This document shows, piece after piece, positions 38,865-52,140 of a DNA stretch of 64,000 bases. The notes below the pieces were generated by a model. The model did no database searches, had not been told where the DNA came from, and saw nothing but the letters and a program-made list of their open reading frames with translations. Location: positions 3,911,895 through 3,975,894 of the forward strand of contig MU058844.1 of assembly GCA_013265495.1 (NCBI GenBank), read 5' to 3'. The position numbers and the translations under genes were made by a program. How positions within the stretch are numbered: position 1 is the first letter of the stretch; every line of letters starts with the position of its first letter. The stretch is from Vicugna vicugna (lineage: Eukaryota).

Positions 38865-39451
38865 TTTTAATGAGAATGCCTTGTTAGACTGATTCTGATT
38901 GCCCAGAATTGTGAAACAGGGAACACTTAAGGAAAAATCATGGAGATGCTCATGTCATTCCTATTGTCCATGACTTAGCTTCTCTGCCAAAGGGGAGGGA
39001 TAAGTCAATGAAAGGAAGATTGAAGAACTTAATAAGAGACTATTAAGGTGAGATTGCTGCATTTAGCAATCTAAGGAGACATTTGTTTCTAAGGTAAAAG
39101 AGATAGCTTGAAAAGAGCAGTGTTTGAAGTAAATCTCCAAACTGTTCATCACTAGGTCCTTACTACAATTCAAAGCTCACTAATATTCAAAAGAGATATT
39201 ATCATGGGATCTATCTCTAAAAAAATAAAAAAGAGGAAAAGATAGACTGGAAGCAAGAAAAAAAGAGGAAAAGAAAAATGAGCAAAAGGCAGCTGAAAAA
39301 CACAAGAATTGTTAAATTACATAATTCTACATAGTGAAATTGCAGAGAATGATTTTAAAAACAGAAATTAAAAAGTTCGAAATAGTCTTTTATGTGCACA
39401 AAGAAGTACTCAGTAGAGCATGGAAAGGAATGAAAAACACTCTTATAAAAC

Positions 39452-39729
39452 AAAACAAAACAAAAAAAACATAAATACAAAACAGAAACAGACTCATAGA
39501 CATAGAATACAAACTTGTGGTTACCAGGGGGATGTGGGGTGGGAAGGGACAGACTGGGATTTCAAAATGTAGAATAGATAAGATAAACTTGTGGTGGCTA
39601 ACAGTGAAAGAGAATGTGACAATGAATGAATGTATGTTCATGTATAACTGAAAAACTATGCTCTACACTGGAATTTGACACAACATTGTAAAAGGACTAT
39701 GACTCAATAAAAAATGTTTAAAAAAAAAA
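39452..39729 (+). mobile_element. 5'-truncated young L1 3' UTR with A-tail and 20-bp TSD
   Basis: TSD GAAAAACACTCTTATAAAAC at 39432-39451 and 39730-39749; ACAGAAACAGACTCATAGACATAG..GACTCAATAAAAAATGTTTAAAA. Confidence 0.93.
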
Positions 39730-40190
39730 GAAAAACACTCTTATAAAACTCAGGAATTAAAGGAAGACAAATAAAAACATCATAATGATGAAAAACACTC
39801 TAGAAATAATCCTCAAAATGGGATAAATGCAACTGAAGAAGTCAGAAATATGGAGAATAGGCTGGAGAATGTATCCCCAAATGAAATGAAAAAACTATGT
39901 ATGTAGGATTTCAGAGAAGACACCTGACACATGATGGCTATTTCTGAAGAAAAGAAACAAAGTGGTTTGGAAGCCAGTAGGGCTGTTCATGCAGATTCTG
40001 ATTTTCCACTCATTCCAGGAACATGACACATCTGCAATCCTCATTTCCTTTGATAGGCATAGAAATGGGACTAGATTGGGCCTCCAAAATGAGAATGGTA
40101 AAGACTTTAGGAGTTAGCATTTAACTTACTACATTTCCTTTTTTCCCCATTTGGTCAACTTTCTAAACATTTATCAAGAAGGAGGCTTCA

Positions 40191-40558
40191 ATACTGCATG
40201 ATATCACTTATAAGTGGAATAAAAAAAAAGTCAAACTCTTAGAAATACTTTGTGAACACTCACCTAGAAGATGAACAAGGTCTGAGGATCTAATGTATAA
40301 TATGGTGACTATAGTTGATAATACAGCATTGTATAATTGGAATTTGCTAAGAGAGTAGAACTTCATTGTTCTCACCAAAAAAATAAAAAATAAGATAAAT
40401 ATGTGAGATGATGGATGTGTTAATTAGATGGTGAGAATCCTTTTACAGTGTATAAGTACTTCAAATCACCATGATGTACACCTTAAATACATCTTACAAT
40501 TTTAATTTTAAAAAAAATTATATCTCAATACAACTGGAAAAATAAAAACAAAATTAAA
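40191..40558 (+). mobile_element. L1MA9-like 3' end inserted into an MLT1-like LTR (~39980-40700)
   Basis: ATACTGCATGATATCACTTATAAGTGGAAT..GGTGACTATAGTTGATAATAC..; degenerate TSD AGAAGGAGGCTTCA / AAAAGAAGACTTCA. Confidence 0.75.
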
Positions 40559-42447
40559 AAAAGAAGACTTCATTAGCTTGGGTTCTTGATTGACTATAAT
40601 CAGCAGAGCCCTGATGTTAGACTTGTAGTATCAACAGGAAATAAAATTGAATGTGTCAAGCCACTAAGATTTTAATAATGCACCACAACTTAGAATGATA
40701 CAAATATGGTATAGAAAAACACTTCAAGAAAAACAGTCTTTCCCAAAACTTTTAGTACAATTTTAAGCTCTATTACATTCAAAAGTATAAATGATACCAA
40801 CTTAATAAAAAAACAATTTGAAAATGTATCTACATTTCCTCTATACTTACTTTTTGTTATATTTGCCAATGCATTTTCCTTTTACTGTTGTTTTCAGTTT
40901 TTGCCATCTTAATTAGAGGCACTGAAAAAGTTAGAATTACCAATTTATAGCTTGAATCTTACAGAACTAAATAGGTATTAAAAACATATAAATAACTTTC
41001 AAATGACGAAATTGGTGAGGAGTTACTTGTTTCCCTCACAAGCTTGTGAGTGACTTGAAAAAAGAGATTGTCTTTTCTTTCCTTCTTTTTAAACTAAGTA
41101 TGGTGTCTGGCATTATAGAGATGTTAAACAAACTTTTCTTGGACAGAATTGACTTATTACTGCTTTCACTGTCTCCATGTAGCTCATATGAGGTTAATAT
41201 GCTTGACTAAGAATCATGATTGGAACCATTTGTAATCTACATATAAATGCGTGATAAAAAAAGGTTCCTAGTTTCTTTACTTTTGATAGCGTGACTTTCT
41301 AAAGTCTATTTAGCTGCATAGCTACTGAATGTACTGTAAGTTAAATCTGGAATTGAATAATTATAAAAGTGATGATTAATAGAAGCTATTATATAATTAT
41401 ATCAAAGCGATCCTTTATAAACTGGTTTAGAAATGACATAACAGCATTTTACAATTAAAATGCAGTTCAAATTGAGATATCTGAATGTGTAACTGACAGG
41501 GATTTATCCCTTCTCTCTTTGACAGCAAAGTGATCAGTCATGTTCTGGCAAATCAATTACATACATGTGACTGTGTGAGATAAATATCTGTTTAAATCTT
41601 TTAAAATGCCATAACTCTTCTTCCCCTTACACATTCAACTATCCAGATAATATATGTAGTCGTTAAAGACCTCCAAAGATCCTTCACTTTCACCTTTAAT
41701 ATAGAAGAGAGGTGGTTCAGGAATTAGTGACGCTAATCCTCCTTGTCTTATATTTTAGCTGCAATCTTTGACCTCCCTACTTCTCTGATCACTATGACTT
41801 GGTTTCCTTTGCTGACCCTTTTCCTTGCCCTTTGATTGTAGATAAATTTATTGGATTCAGTCCTCCTCTTTATTATTATTATTTTTTGCTCTTTTTGATT
41901 ATCTGTTCAACTTCTATGGCTTACTATATCATCAACACACTGAAGGTTTTATATTTAATGTCCCCAGCTCTAATCAATTTCCTTAACTTCAAACCTTCAT
42001 TCTCTATTTCCTGCCACACATGCCATCTGCAATTCTCTGAAACATCTGCAAACTCAGCATACCTAAAAACTGATCTTACTCTCTCAAGACTTTGGGCATG
42101 TCCTATCAGATTTTAAACCAGTGGTTCTCAACTCAAGTTTTAGAGAGGAAACCTGAGGTTGTTAGAAAGTAAGGTTGCATCAGAATTATGTATAGAGGTT
42201 TTCAAACCAGTATTTCTTCACAGAAACTGTGTCAGAATTTCCTGGAGCGGGGAACTGGGAAAGCAGACATATAGCTTTAAAAGTTTATGGGTGATTTTGC
42301 CCAATTTTAACCTCCCAATACCTCCAACTGCTATGAACTATGTTAGGCTCATGGATGTCCAAACTCTTTCCTTGTCTATTCCCTGCAAGTGCTCATACAT
42401 GATCAAATGTGCCTGAGACAAAGGTGAGGATTTCTTATTTACACCGG

Positions 42448-42520
42448 AAGAAGGGAAGGGAAGGGAAGGGGAGGGGAGGGGAGGGAAGGGAAGGGGAGGG
42501 GAGGGGAGGAAAAGAAGGAA
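42448..42520. repeat. Polypurine (GGGAA/GGGGA)n repeat
   Basis: Read directly; many G3-G4 runs. Confidence 0.95.
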
Positions 42521-42875
42521 TAAAGCAAGCAAGCAGGCTAGCAAATTCAGTGGAATAGTCCTAATTCTGAAATATCTCTAACATCTATTTCATGTTCCAC
42601 ATCTCCAACATCTGTTTCATGTTCCTCAACCCCATTCCTTCTACAGCTGCCTTTCTTCAGGTTACCAGGAACACCTTGGCTTCTGCAATGGCTTAATAAA
42701 TGTCTTCTCTAACTTTCACCTTTTTTTTTCTTTTTTTCCCAGTGGATATTTGTTTTAATTAATTTTTTAATTGAAGTAAAATTGATCCTTTAGTGTTTCA
42801 TTCATTCTCATCCACCCTACATACAGTAACAAGATGTATAAATATCAATTGTATGTGTGTATTTAAATTATACCT

Positions 42876-43410
42876 TAGGAGGGTGCCCTTTTCTCCATAC
42901 CCTCTCTAGCATTTATCGTTCATGGACTTTTGAATGATGGCCATTCTGATTGGTGTGAGATGATACCTCATTGCAGTTTTGATCTGCATTTCTCTGATAA
43001 AATTAGAATACTGAGCATTTTTTCATGGGCCTATTAGCCAACTGTATATCTTCACTGGAGAATTGCTTGTTTAGGTCTTCTGCCCATTTTTGGCTTGGGT
43101 TGTTTGTTTTTTGGTTATTAAGTTGTATGAGCTGTTTATATTCTGAAAATTGGGCTTTTGTCAGTCTCATCATTTGCAAATATTTCCTCCCATTTCTTAG
43201 GTTTTCATTTTGTTTTGCTTAAGGTTTACTTTGCATCCAAAAGCTTATAAATTTAATTAGGTTCCATTTGTTAACTTTTGCTTTTATTTTTATTGGCTGG
43301 GGAACCCAACTACACTGATGGGGGGAATGTACCTTGTTGCAGCCATCATAAAAAACAGCATGGTGATTCCTCAAAAAACTGAAAATAGACTTACCCTATG
43401 ATACAGCAAC
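42876..43410. mobile_element. Young L1 ORF2 fragment with inversion (minus 42876-43301, plus ~43299-43410)
   Basis: Antisense ORF2 C-terminal piece abuts a sense piece starting GGGAACCC, which directly follows the outer end of the inverted piece in L1. Confidence 0.85.
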
Positions 43411-43849
43411 TAACACATCTTCATGGTGCACAGCCCATAAGTCACACATACTTCAGATCACAACTCATTGGCCAAAACTTCGTTACATGACCACACTAGT
43501 CACAAGTGAGACTGAGACATTATGCTGGGAAGTTCTGCATCCATAAAAGCTCAGGAAGAGAGAAATAATGAATGTGGAGGTGAGACCACTAGCAACGTGT
43601 GTTCCATAAAATTAAGGAGGGAATGTTGTCTAGATGGTTTAACTCTCTTCAAAAACCGGCTACATTTTTGAACATCCAAACAACATACCTTTTAACATGA
43701 CACTTGATGTGGTGTGGATCAAGTTATGGATAAAATGCAATGAATAAAGACCCTAGCAACAGAAACTGAAGCAGTAAGTATAAACCTTCTTACTTATGTA
43801 ACAGAAATTTGAGTCATGAGTCTTACTGAGGCCAAGATATATCTGGGGA

Positions 43850-44190
43850 AATCTGAATATGCTGACCCAGAAGAGTTAGATAAAAGAGCCATGTTGGAAA
43901 AATGACAGCACTTAGCCTCAATCTTTTAAAAATTCATGAGTTATGGGGAGGGCTCCCTAAGCAAGCCTGGACTAGTCTGGAGAACTCTAAAAGAAGAAAG
44001 AACCCCACTCTGATGCAGAGTTTATGGTTTTTCATAAACCATTCCTGGTGTTTCATACACCAGGTCACATGAAGCCACAATATCCCTATTTGACTATGAG
44101 ACCAAAGAACAGTAATTCCTATTTGTACTCAAGAATGGGTTGACCAGATACCATTTGGTAAAGTCTTATGGAAATCTTTCCCAACCTATT
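43850..44190 (+). mobile_element. Possible L3/CR1 LINE remnant
   Basis: AATCTTTTAAAAATTCATGAG..GGGGAGGG and CATTTGGTAAAGTC resemble CR1 RT IFEKSW..GEVP and AFDKV motifs. Confidence 0.4.
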
Positions 44191-46472
44191 TAGGAGACTT
44201 TCATATGCTACTTTATTTCATTGTCTGAGCTTACCATTTATTTCACTCCTGCAGGAAATGGAGAATATTTTATTATTAACTATATATTCATGAACTTAAA
44301 AGAGTTTGTCCTAATCTCAAGAAAGTTTTCATTCACAATTGGTTCTCTTCTCTTACTATAGAGGGGTTTCCCCACTTTGTCTAACAGGAACAAGAGAATA
44401 CACAGGAATTTTTAGACCTTTTAAGATTAAGAAGAAAACCACCAAAACACAAGCAAACCAAAGATTAGTCCCCATCTCTTGTTTAAAATCGACATAACTA
44501 AGAGGAAATAAATCCCTTCAAATATTTGATAGAAGAACTGGGGAAACTTGCTATGAATTTAAAACAAGAAATCACTACTAGTTTTTAAAATCCTTAGGTT
44601 AAAAAAAATCTTTTTTTTTCTGATGGAGAGAATTCTGGACTAAGAAGGCAGTAAATTAAGTTTGAGTCCCAGATCAGCCAGTAGCTAACTGGGGACTTGG
44701 ACAAATCCCGTATCTTTGGACTTCAGATTTCTCATTTGTAAAACCAGGAAGTTGAAAGATATTTCTAAGGTCTTGTCTAATTTTAACAGTCCGTGAGTTA
44801 ATGAAACTGCTAGTTACTGAATTTTTTAAAAAAAATTCCCAAATCACAAATGTCACAGAATCATATCAATTTTTTTTCCTACTTCACACCCAAATTGGTG
44901 AATGATAAATTTCCCCCAAACAGTTAGGGGGAAATCCAGATTCTGAAGATATCTCGTAAAGTTAACATTTGTAAAGGAAGAATTAAACTGTATTCTGAAG
45001 TGTTCTCTAGCCTTTAGAGATGCATGGGTCACTTTATTGATTCTTCGTGTCAAAAAAGATATTTGGATGATTGTTCCCTCCAAATTTGGATTATTTATGA
45101 TTCATATCCTGCTGCCAGCAAGATGTTTATAGCAGGTGATCTCCCCATTTATGTTAGTTTCAAAGGATTGAAGCTAATTATGGCATTGGTCTTGATTACA
45201 CTTATGCTAAGTTAAACTTGCCCCAGTGACATTACAGTGAACGCCTGACTTCAGTCTCATCTCCGGCAGCATCAGTCCACCAGGGAGGGCTCTTCCTAAA
45301 GCACTGGTGATAGCGCTTTGGCAACTCCGTAAGTTTCACTTCCTACTATACAAGCTATGCCAGGACATTTCACTCCTCCTTGGCTTTACAAGGGCTGCAT
45401 CCAATGCCATGAGTGTCAGTCCTCACCATTACTGTCAGGATACATTTATGCTAATTCTCAACAGACCTCCCCTCTATACAGATGCAGTCCTAGAAGCCAG
45501 ATTCAGAAAATAGACGGAAATTGTATGCAAAGAGAAAGGTACCACCTTTTCTGGGGAGAAGCAGTCCTGTCTCAGAGTATGTGCTGAGTTTCAGGAGAAA
45601 ACTACACAGTTGTACCAAGTAGTCTGGACCTATTTCCTCCCCTTATTCCCTCCGTATCCTCTTTTCTTGCCTTGCAATTCCTGATCCTCTTTAAGAATTA
45701 ACTAAATTCTCCCCTTGCCTGGGAAGCCTTCGCTGTCTTGTCCATCTCCCCTACAGTGACAGAAGTTTTCTCCTCTGCGAGCCCATAGTTCCCATGCCTC
45801 GCTGTACCATATCTTATTCTGTTGTCACTGATCCCCGGTGTGTTCTTTAATCCCTCCTACCTGGATGACTAGTTTACTGGCTGTTTCTCCCCAATAAACC
45901 ATAATCTCCTTATGGGTAAAAAGGTCAGAGTCATCTCTACCTGGGTTTCCTAGGACCAGGTCTGTTTACTTTAAATGTTTAGCAAATGCCTGTTTAGAGG
46001 AAAGTTATCTTGTTGGTGTTAGAGCAGGTACAGCATTTAAAATGTATCCAACCAAACTGCCTAACTGTTGTATCAAATGTTGGCTCATGTTCCAAAGATA
46101 CATATCACACACAGTCATTTTCAAAGAAAGATAGTGGATGGATAATTGAAGTTATTTCTTTTTGAATTGAGATGAAAGTTTCATTTTGTATTGAAAATTT
46201 CATAAGTGCAGTGTATGAGATACTTTCCAAATGTTTTGTATTCTTTCTCTTTAAATTTCCTTGCTCCCACACCTTCAAAAACCTCAATCTTTTCCCCCGC
46301 AAATATAAATCACCTAAATTCTAAAACGAAGAGCTAATCCCTATGGACTAAGAAAAATGTAGTCCTTTACACAGGAATGGAAATTCCCTATTTCCAGAGA
46401 TCAGCAATGGACTTAAATCATCTGCTCTCATTTAAGAAGGACCAAGGCATCCACCAAATATGTTAGGTAATG

Positions 46473-46689
46473 AGGATTTCTCAACTGTGACACCAAAGAC
46501 ATTTTAGGTCAAATGATTCTTTATTGGGGGGTGGGGTCATCCTGTGCATTGTGGGTTGTTGAGCAGTATCTCTGGCCTCTACCAACTTGATGCCAGTAGT
46601 AGCCTCCCAGTTGTAACAACCAAAAATATTTCGATATATTGTCAAACAGCCCCTGGGGGGCAAAATTGCCTCCAGTTCAGAACCATTGC
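46473..46689 (+). mobile_element. MER20 (hAT-Charlie) DNA transposon
   Basis: TTTCTCAAC..TCCTGTGCATTGT..CTGGCCTCTACC..GATGCCAGTAG..GGGGGCAAAATTGCCTCCAGTTCAGAACCA. Confidence 0.9.
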
Positions 46690-47007
46690 CCTTAATACAC
46701 TAAGAAGGTCGATACATCAGGTTTAGAACCAGTCATACACATAGCAAATACCAGCTCTACCACTTAGAAGCCACGTGCCCTTGAGCAAGTTACTAAACAC
46801 CTCCACGCTTTAGTTTCTACCAAGACATTGCCAAACAGCCCCTGGGGGGCAAAATTGCCTCCAGTTCAGAACCACTGCCCTTAATACACTAAGAAGGTCG
46901 ATACATCAGGTTTAGAGCCAGTCATACATGTAGCAAATACCAGCTCTACCACTTAGAAGCTACGTGCCCTTGAGCAAGTTACTAAACACCTCCACGCTTT
47001 AGTTTCT
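46638..47007. repeat. Tandem duplication, period 189 bp (MER20 end + MIR start)
   Basis: 46638-46818 vs 46827-47007; 6 substitutions counted, all transitions. Confidence 0.97.
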
Positions 47008-47354
47008 CATGTAAAAAATGATGCCACGAAGATGCACTGTCACAGTCCTTGGAAGTCTAAATGGGAAATGTAGATGAAATGCTTAGCATAGTACCTGGTA
47101 TATTGCAAGTTCTTAATAGTTAATATGCATTATTGTTATTTATTACCATACATCACAGATCAATTTTTGCTGGAATTAAAATGCCACTAAGTATACTCTA
47201 ATATAACCCTGAATACAGTTTGATTTTTAGAGTTCAGAACAAATTCAGGCTCTTCCTGTCCCTTATTGGTTTCACTGTGAACATCAAGAGCTATGAAGAA
47301 AGCACCCAAGACTTTCAGATAATCAGATTAAAGTAGAAGCAAACTGTTCTGGTT

Positions 47355-47749
47355 GCAGGTGAGAGACTCTAGTTGTCCTCCAATATCTATGCTGCCTTCT
47401 TCCCCAGTGATAAAAATTTTTAAAAGTTAGCAACCCAAATTATAGTCATATTTCCCAGACTCCCTCCTGGAAAGGAATGCATGATGTGAAAAAGTTCTGG
47501 CCTAGGCAATGGAAGCAGAATTTATAGACACAACTTCTGAGATGCATGTGTAAAGGAAGGGGGTCTGCTCCTTTATCGTCTTTATCCATCCTGCTGCTTC
47601 GAACATGATTGCAACAGCAAGAGCACAGGTTAGGACTATGTCAGTAAGAACCACACCCAGGAGATGATAAAGTGGAAAGTTGAAAGCAGCCTGGGTCCCC
47701 AGTATCTGTAGTCTGGCCCTGCCGTATCAACTCTGAACTGACTACATCC
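47355..47749 (+). mobile_element. MLT1-family LTR truncated by L1 insertion
   Basis: TTTCCCAGACTCCCT..AAGTTCTGGCC..GCAGCCTGGGTCCC..CTGAACTGACTACATCC; LTR 3' end not seen. Confidence 0.7.
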
Positions 47750-50700
47750 TTTTTCTTTCTTTCTTTTTTTCTTTTTTTTTTAGTTGAAGTACAATCAGTT
47801 ATAATGTGTCAATTTCTGGTGCACAGCACAATGTCCTATTCAGGCACGTACATATGCATATTTGTTTTCATATTCTTTTTCACTAAAGGTTACTACCAGA
47901 TATTGAATATAGTTCCCTGTGCTATATTTTTAAATCTATTTTTATATATAGAGGCTAACATTTGCATATCTCAAACTCCCAAATTTATCCCTTCCCACCC
48001 CCCTTCTCCAGTAACCATAAGATTGTTTACAATGTCTGTGAGTCTGTTTCTGTTTTGTAAACAGTTCATAGTGTCTTTTTCTTTTCTTTTTCTTTTAGAC
48101 TCCACATATGAGTGATATCATGTGGTATTTTTCTTTCTCTTTCTGGCTTATTTCACTTAGAATGACGATCTCTAGATCCATCCATGTTGCTGTAAATGGC
48201 ATTATTTTATTCTTTTTTATGGCTGAGTGGTATTCCATTGTACAAATATACCACAACTTCTTTATTCAGTCATCTGTTGATGGACATTTAGGTTGCTTCC
48301 ATGTCTTGGCTATTGTATATAGTGCTGTTATGAACATTGGGGTGCATCTATCTTTTTGAGTGAGAGTTGCCTCCTGGTATATACCCAGGAGTAGGATTGC
48401 TGGATCATATGATAAGTCTGTTTTTAGTTTTTTGAGGAATCTCCATACTGTTTTCCATAATGGCTATACCAAACTACTTTTCCACCAGCAGTGTATGAGG
48501 GTTCCCTTTTCTCTACACCCTCTCCAGAATTTATCATTCATGGACTTTTGAATGATGGCCTTTCTGACTGGTATGAGGCGATACCTCATTGTAATTTTGA
48601 TTTGCATTTCTCTCATAATTAGCAATATTGAGCATTTTTTTCATGTACCTACTGGCCATTTGTATGCATTCATTGGAGAATTGCTTGTTTAAGTCTTCTG
48701 CCCATTTTTGGATTGGGTTGTTTGTTTATTAAGTTGTATAACCTGTTTATAAATTCTGGAAATTAAACCTTTGTCAGGCTCATCATTTACAAATATCTTC
48801 TCCCATTCCATAGGTTTTCATTTTGTTTTGCTTACAGTTTCCTTTGCTGTGCAAAAGCTTGTAAGTTTACCTAGGTCCCATTTGTTCATTTTTGCTTTCA
48901 TTTCTATTGCCTGGGTAGACTGCCCTGGGATAACATTGCTAAGATTTGTGTCAGAGAGTGTTTTGCCTATGTTTTCTTCTGGGAGATTTATCATGTCTTG
49001 TCTTATACCTAAGTCTTTAAGCCATTTTGAGGTATGTGTGTGTGTGTGTGTGTGTATGGTGTGAGGGAGTGTTCTAACTTCATTGATTCACATGCTGCTA
49101 TCTAGTTTTCCCAGTACCACTTGCTGAAGACACTTTTTTCTCCATTGTATATTCCTGCTTTCTTTGTTGAAGATTAATATACTGTAGGTCTGTGGGTTTC
49201 TTTCTGGGCTGTCTATTCTGTTCCATTCATCCATGTGTCTGTTTTTATGACAATACCACGATGTTTTGATTACTGTATCTCTGCAGTATTGTCTGAAGTC
49301 TTGGGAGGTTTATTCCTCCAACTTTGTTTTTTTTCTTCAGCATTGCTTTGGCAATTCTGGGTCTTTTGTGATTCTATATACCTTTTAGGATTATTTGTTC
49401 TAGTTCTGTAAAAAAATGTCCTGGGTAATTTAATAGGGATCACATTAAATCTGTAGATTGCCTTGGGCAGTATGACCATTTTAACCCTATGGATTCTTCC
49501 AATCCAAGAGCGTGGGATATCTTCCCATTTCTCATCATCTTTAATTTCCTTAATCAAATTTTTGGAGTTCTCCATTTATAAGTCTTTCACTTCATTGGTC
49601 AGATTTATTCCTAAGTATTTTATTGTTTTGGATGCAATGATAAAAGGGATTATTTCTTTACTTTCTTTTCCTGCTAATTCATTGTTAGTGTAAAGAAATG
49701 CAACAGATTTTTGTATGTTAATCTTGTTATCCTGCTACCTTGCCAAATTCTTTTATCAGCTCTAGTTGTTTTTGTGTGGAGCTTTTAGGGTTTTCTATAT
49801 ATGGTATCATGTCATCCGCATATAGTGACAATTCTACCTCTTTTTTTCCAATTTGAATCCCTTTTATTTCTTTTTCTTGCCTGATTTCTATGGTTAGGAC
49901 TTCCACGACTGTGTTGAATGAAAGTAGTGAGAGTGGGCATCCTTGTCTTGTTCCAGATTTTAGTGGGAAGGCTTTCAGTTTTTCACCATTGAGTATTATG
50001 CTAGCTGTGGGTTTATCATAAATAGTTTTTATTATGTTGAGATATGTTCCCTCTGTATCCACTTTGGTAAAAGTTTTTATCATAAATGTGTGTTGAATTT
50101 TATCACATGCTTTTTCTGCATCTATTGAGATGATCATATGATTTCTGTCCTTTCTTATGTTGGTATGGTGTATCACGTTGATTGATCTGTGTATGCTGAA
50201 CCATCCTTGTGCCCCTGGGGTGAATCCAATTTGATCATGGTGCATGATCTTTTTTTATGTATTGTTGGATTCTGTTTGCCAATATTTTGTTGAGGATTTT
50301 TGCATCTATGTTCATCAATGACATTGGCCTGTAATTTTCTTTTTTGGTAGTGGTAGTAGAAATTTTTTTGTAATTTTCTTTGTCTGGTTTTGGTATCAGG
50401 GTGATGGTCACTTTATAGAATAAGTTTGGGAGTACTCCCTTCTTTTCAATCTTTTGGAAGAGTTTGAGAAGGACTGTAATGAATTCTTCTTTGTATGCTT
50501 GGTAGAATTCCCCAGTGAAGCCATCTGGTCCTAGACTTTTGTTTGTAGGGGGGTTTTTTTATTGCTGATTCTATTTCATTTCTAGTGATTGGTCTGTTCA
50601 AGTGGTCTATTTCTTGATTCAGTCTTGGAGGACTGAATGTTTCCAGAAACCTGTCCATTTCTACTAGGTTGTCCATTTTTTTTCCCATATAGTTGTTCAT

Positions 50701-51340
50701 AGTATTCTCTTATGGTTTTTTGTATTTCTGTAGTATTGGTTGTAATTTTTCCATTTCCCTTTCTTATTTTGTTTATTTGTGTTCTCTCTCTTTTCTTCTT
50801 GGTGAGCCTGGCCAGAGGTTTACCAATTTTGTTTACTCTTTCAAAAAACCAGCTCTTGGTATGATTGATTTTTTTCTATTTTTTTTTTAAATCTCTATTT
50901 TATTTATTTCTTCCTTGATCTTTATTATTTCCTTCCTTTTGCTGACTTTAGGTTTTGTTCGCTCTTCTTTTTCTAATTCTTTTAGGTGATAGGTCAGGTT
51001 GTTTACCTGAGATTGTTCTTCTTTTTTGAGGAAGGCCTGTATCGCTATGAACTTCCCTCTTAGGACTACTTTTGCTGCATCCCATAGATTTTATGTGGTT
51101 GTGTTTTCATTGTAAATTGTCTCAAAATATTTTTAAATTTCTTCTTTGATTTCATCATTGACCTATTTTTTTTTTAGTAGCATGTTGTGTAATCTCCATG
51201 CTGTCATTTTTTTCTCCTTTGTTTTTCTATGGTTGATTTCTAGTTTCATGGTACTGTGATCAGAAAAGGTGCTTGAAATAATTTCTATCCTCTTAAATAT
51301 TTTGAGGCTTCTTTTGTGCCTAAGTACATGATCTATCCTA
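47750..51340 (-). mobile_element. Young L1, 3' part (most of ORF2 incl. RT, 3' UTR, A-tail), frameshifted
   Basis: ORFs 49727-50245 ([26 protein letters not shown]), 49270-49575, 50446-50700, 51163-51354 (RIDH); poly-T at ~47750-47781. Confidence 0.97.
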
Positions 51341-52140
51341 CTAAACCTATGCAAAAAGAAATATTGAAAATTCTACTCTAAATATAAAGGAAGCAGGATG
51401 CTATAGAAAGGAAAACCATGATTGGAACTGTGATAACTACAATGAGTTGCAACAGAATAAACATGAAGATGTAAAAGAGGACATCAAAATCATTAATGGT
51501 GGGAGAGGGGAGCAAGAAAATATAGATCCTTTTTCTTTTTTTACTTCTTTTTAATATGTGTTTGAGCTTATATGACTATCAGTTTAAAGCAAATAGATAT
51601 AACAATGTGTTAATATACTTGAAAAGCAGGGTAATCACAAATCAAAAGCATACAACAGAGTCACAAAAACCAAAAAGAAACCAAGATAATACAAAAGAAA
51701 ATTATCACACCACAAAAAAGAAAAACAAAAAGAAGGGAACAAAGAGGAAATACCAAATCAACTGGAAACCTAAATTCGAAATGGCAATAAACACACATCT
51801 ACCAATAATTACTGTACATTTCAATGAATTAATGCTCCAATCAAAAGACATAGAGTGGGAGGTTGGATAATAAAACAAGAACCTACAATATGCTGCATAC
51901 AAGAGACCCACTTTAAGGTGAAGGACACGCATAGATTTAAAGTGAGAAGATGGAAAAAGATATTTCATGCAAATGGGACATGACAAGAAAGCAGGAGTAG
52001 TAGTACTGATTTCAGACAAAATAGACTTCAAAATAAAGGCCATAAAGAAAGATAAAGAAGGACACTATATCATGATTAAAGAAGCAATACAAAATGAGGA
52101 TGTTACACTCACTAACATATATGCACCCAATATAGGAGCA
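51341..52140 (+). mobile_element. Inverted 5' segment of the same L1 (ORF1 end, spacer, ORF2 endonuclease N-terminus)
   Basis: ORF2 start ATGGCAATAAAC at 51781; CCIQETH and NIYAPNIGA motifs up to 52140. Confidence 0.92.

Noticed and set aside
49727..50245. Reverse transcriptase ORF as a novel RT system
   Set aside because: Ordinary L1 ORF2 fragment within a frameshifted, 5'-inverted element
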